This document shows, piece by piece, positions 57,983 to 58,995 of a stretch of 58,995 nt of DNA. Where the stretch lies: assembly GCA_024278215.1 (NCBI GenBank), contig JAJRTR010000138.1:67747-126741 (forward strand). Direction: 5' to 3'. This stretch comes from a bacterium (lineage in GTDB: Bacteria; UBP15; UBA6099; JAJRTR01). Position numbers and translations under genes: made by a program. Numbering within the stretch: position 1 is the stretch's first letter; each line of letters opens with the position of its first letter. The notes beneath the pieces were generated by a model, which ran no database searches, was not told where the DNA came from, and was given only the letters and a program-made list of their open reading frames with translations.

Positions 57983-58995
57983 ATGGACGGAAGCAAAAAA
58001 AACTTCGTTATTGTTGCAGCTATTGTTGCATCGCTGTTTTTTGCACACGGGGCCGCCGCGGAGAGATACTTCAATCTTACTATTGAATCCAAAGAAATAA
58101 TCTATGAACCCCGCACACAGGTCGCTCAATCGCTGCTCGGATCGGTTGTGTATGGCGACGATTTTCAGCTTATTGCAGATCGTCTCCAGGTGGATTTTAA
58201 ACGCAAACTGCTCAGGGCATCCGGCTATGTACTGCTTTATTCAAACCGTGAATCGGGATCGGCGGATTTTCCGGAAATCGACGATCAAGAAGCCCCGTTC
58301 ACAAATTTCTTCGGCGGCAGGGATATTGTCATTGACCTAGAAGCGCGTGAAGCTATGATAATTCCCGACAGAAGAGGCGCGAAACCTGTCACTGTCGATC
58401 TTGCATTCTCGCGGGTCATCCCTTCACTGAAACGAATAAATTCGCTGGTGCTCTATGAAAAACCGGCGCAAGAGAACGTATTGATCTGTTTCGAACTGCA
58501 ATACTCGTCGACAGGAAAGTTCGTGCTTCACGATGTCACCTTCGTCCCCGCGGGCGCACCGCAGTATTACACGGCGCTCGTGGTGTCCGACGCGCCCGAT
58601 CTCGAATACAATGCTTTCGCCGCAAGGAATTTTTATGCGAAGAAATCTTATGAGCTGGATAATTATGGCCGGAGCGAAGTCGTGCCGAAGTTCTGGCTGG
58701 GCACAACAACATGGCTCACATCGCACCCGAGACATCAGACCTGGATCGACATCGACGGGCATGTGTCCGAAGATGAAGGGTATCGGTATGCCGAAGGCGA
58801 ATATAACCAGACGATTTCATTCAGCAATTTCGGACTCGAGGGTGATGTGTCCGGCGGCAACCTGCGCCAGGACGCCAAAGTCGACCTCTTCACATATACA
58901 CCCGGTCGCAACAATATGTGGATCAATTATTACCGGGAAATATATGACGCCGGCAGCGAACTTGAAGAATCCCACACGTACGCTACGAATCGCAA
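57983..58995 (+). CDS. Exported protein, possible LptD/OstA-like N-terminus (partial, runs off window)
   Basis: Open frame from ATG 57983 to window end; signal peptide ending AAA; LIADRLQVDF...ASGYV beta-jellyroll-like pattern. Confidence 0.6.
   Translation, partial: MDGSKKNFVIVAAIVASLFFAHGAAAERYFNLTIESKEIIYEPRTQVAQSLLGSVVYGDDFQLIADRLQVDFKRKLLRASGYVLLYSNRESGSADFPEIDDQEAPFTNFFGGRDIVIDLEAREAMIIPDRRGAKPVTVDLAFSRVIPSLKRINSLVLYEKPAQENVLICFELQYSSTGKFVLHDVTFVPAGAPQYYTALVVSDAPDLEYNAFAARNFYAKKSYELDNYGRSEVVPKFWLGTTTWLTSHPRHQTWIDIDGHVSEDEGYRYAEGEYNQTISFSNFGLEGDVSGGNLRQDAKVDLFTYTPGRNNMWINYYREIYDAGSELEESHTYATNR

Overview
Bacterial chromosomal window (no rRNA, tRNA or CRISPR seen) with about 47 mostly metabolic/envelope genes. 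These include glycoside hydrolases (GH92, GH3, GH29), fatty-acyl-CoA enzymes, KtrAB, MgtE, SSS and CaCA transporters, two radical SAM proteins, and an isoprenoid operon (GbsR-type regulator, trans-prenyltransferase, a UppS-DXS fusion, type-2 IDI). The intergenic DNA is dense with small non-autonomous mobile elements of at least seven families: a ~178-bp TIR element (12 full or partial copies), a ~200-bp element whose hairpin ends occur solo about ten times, an internally deleted 'mini-RAYT' in two copies, an IS231-like 112-bp MITE inserted twice into RAYT-associated REP sequences, and others. The strongest candidate for an undescribed system is an AT-rich three-gene module (10876-12652: HATPase kinase-like protein, STAS-like DUF4325 protein, PIN nuclease). 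It lies directly behind a remnant resembling a defence-type DNA methyltransferase C-terminus and is bracketed by RAYT/REP debris. Other highlights are the UppS-DXS fusion, whose DXS domain lacks two acceptor-binding residues, and a putative polyproline leader peptide upstream of mgtE. All family assignments come from motif recognition by eye; no database searches were run.
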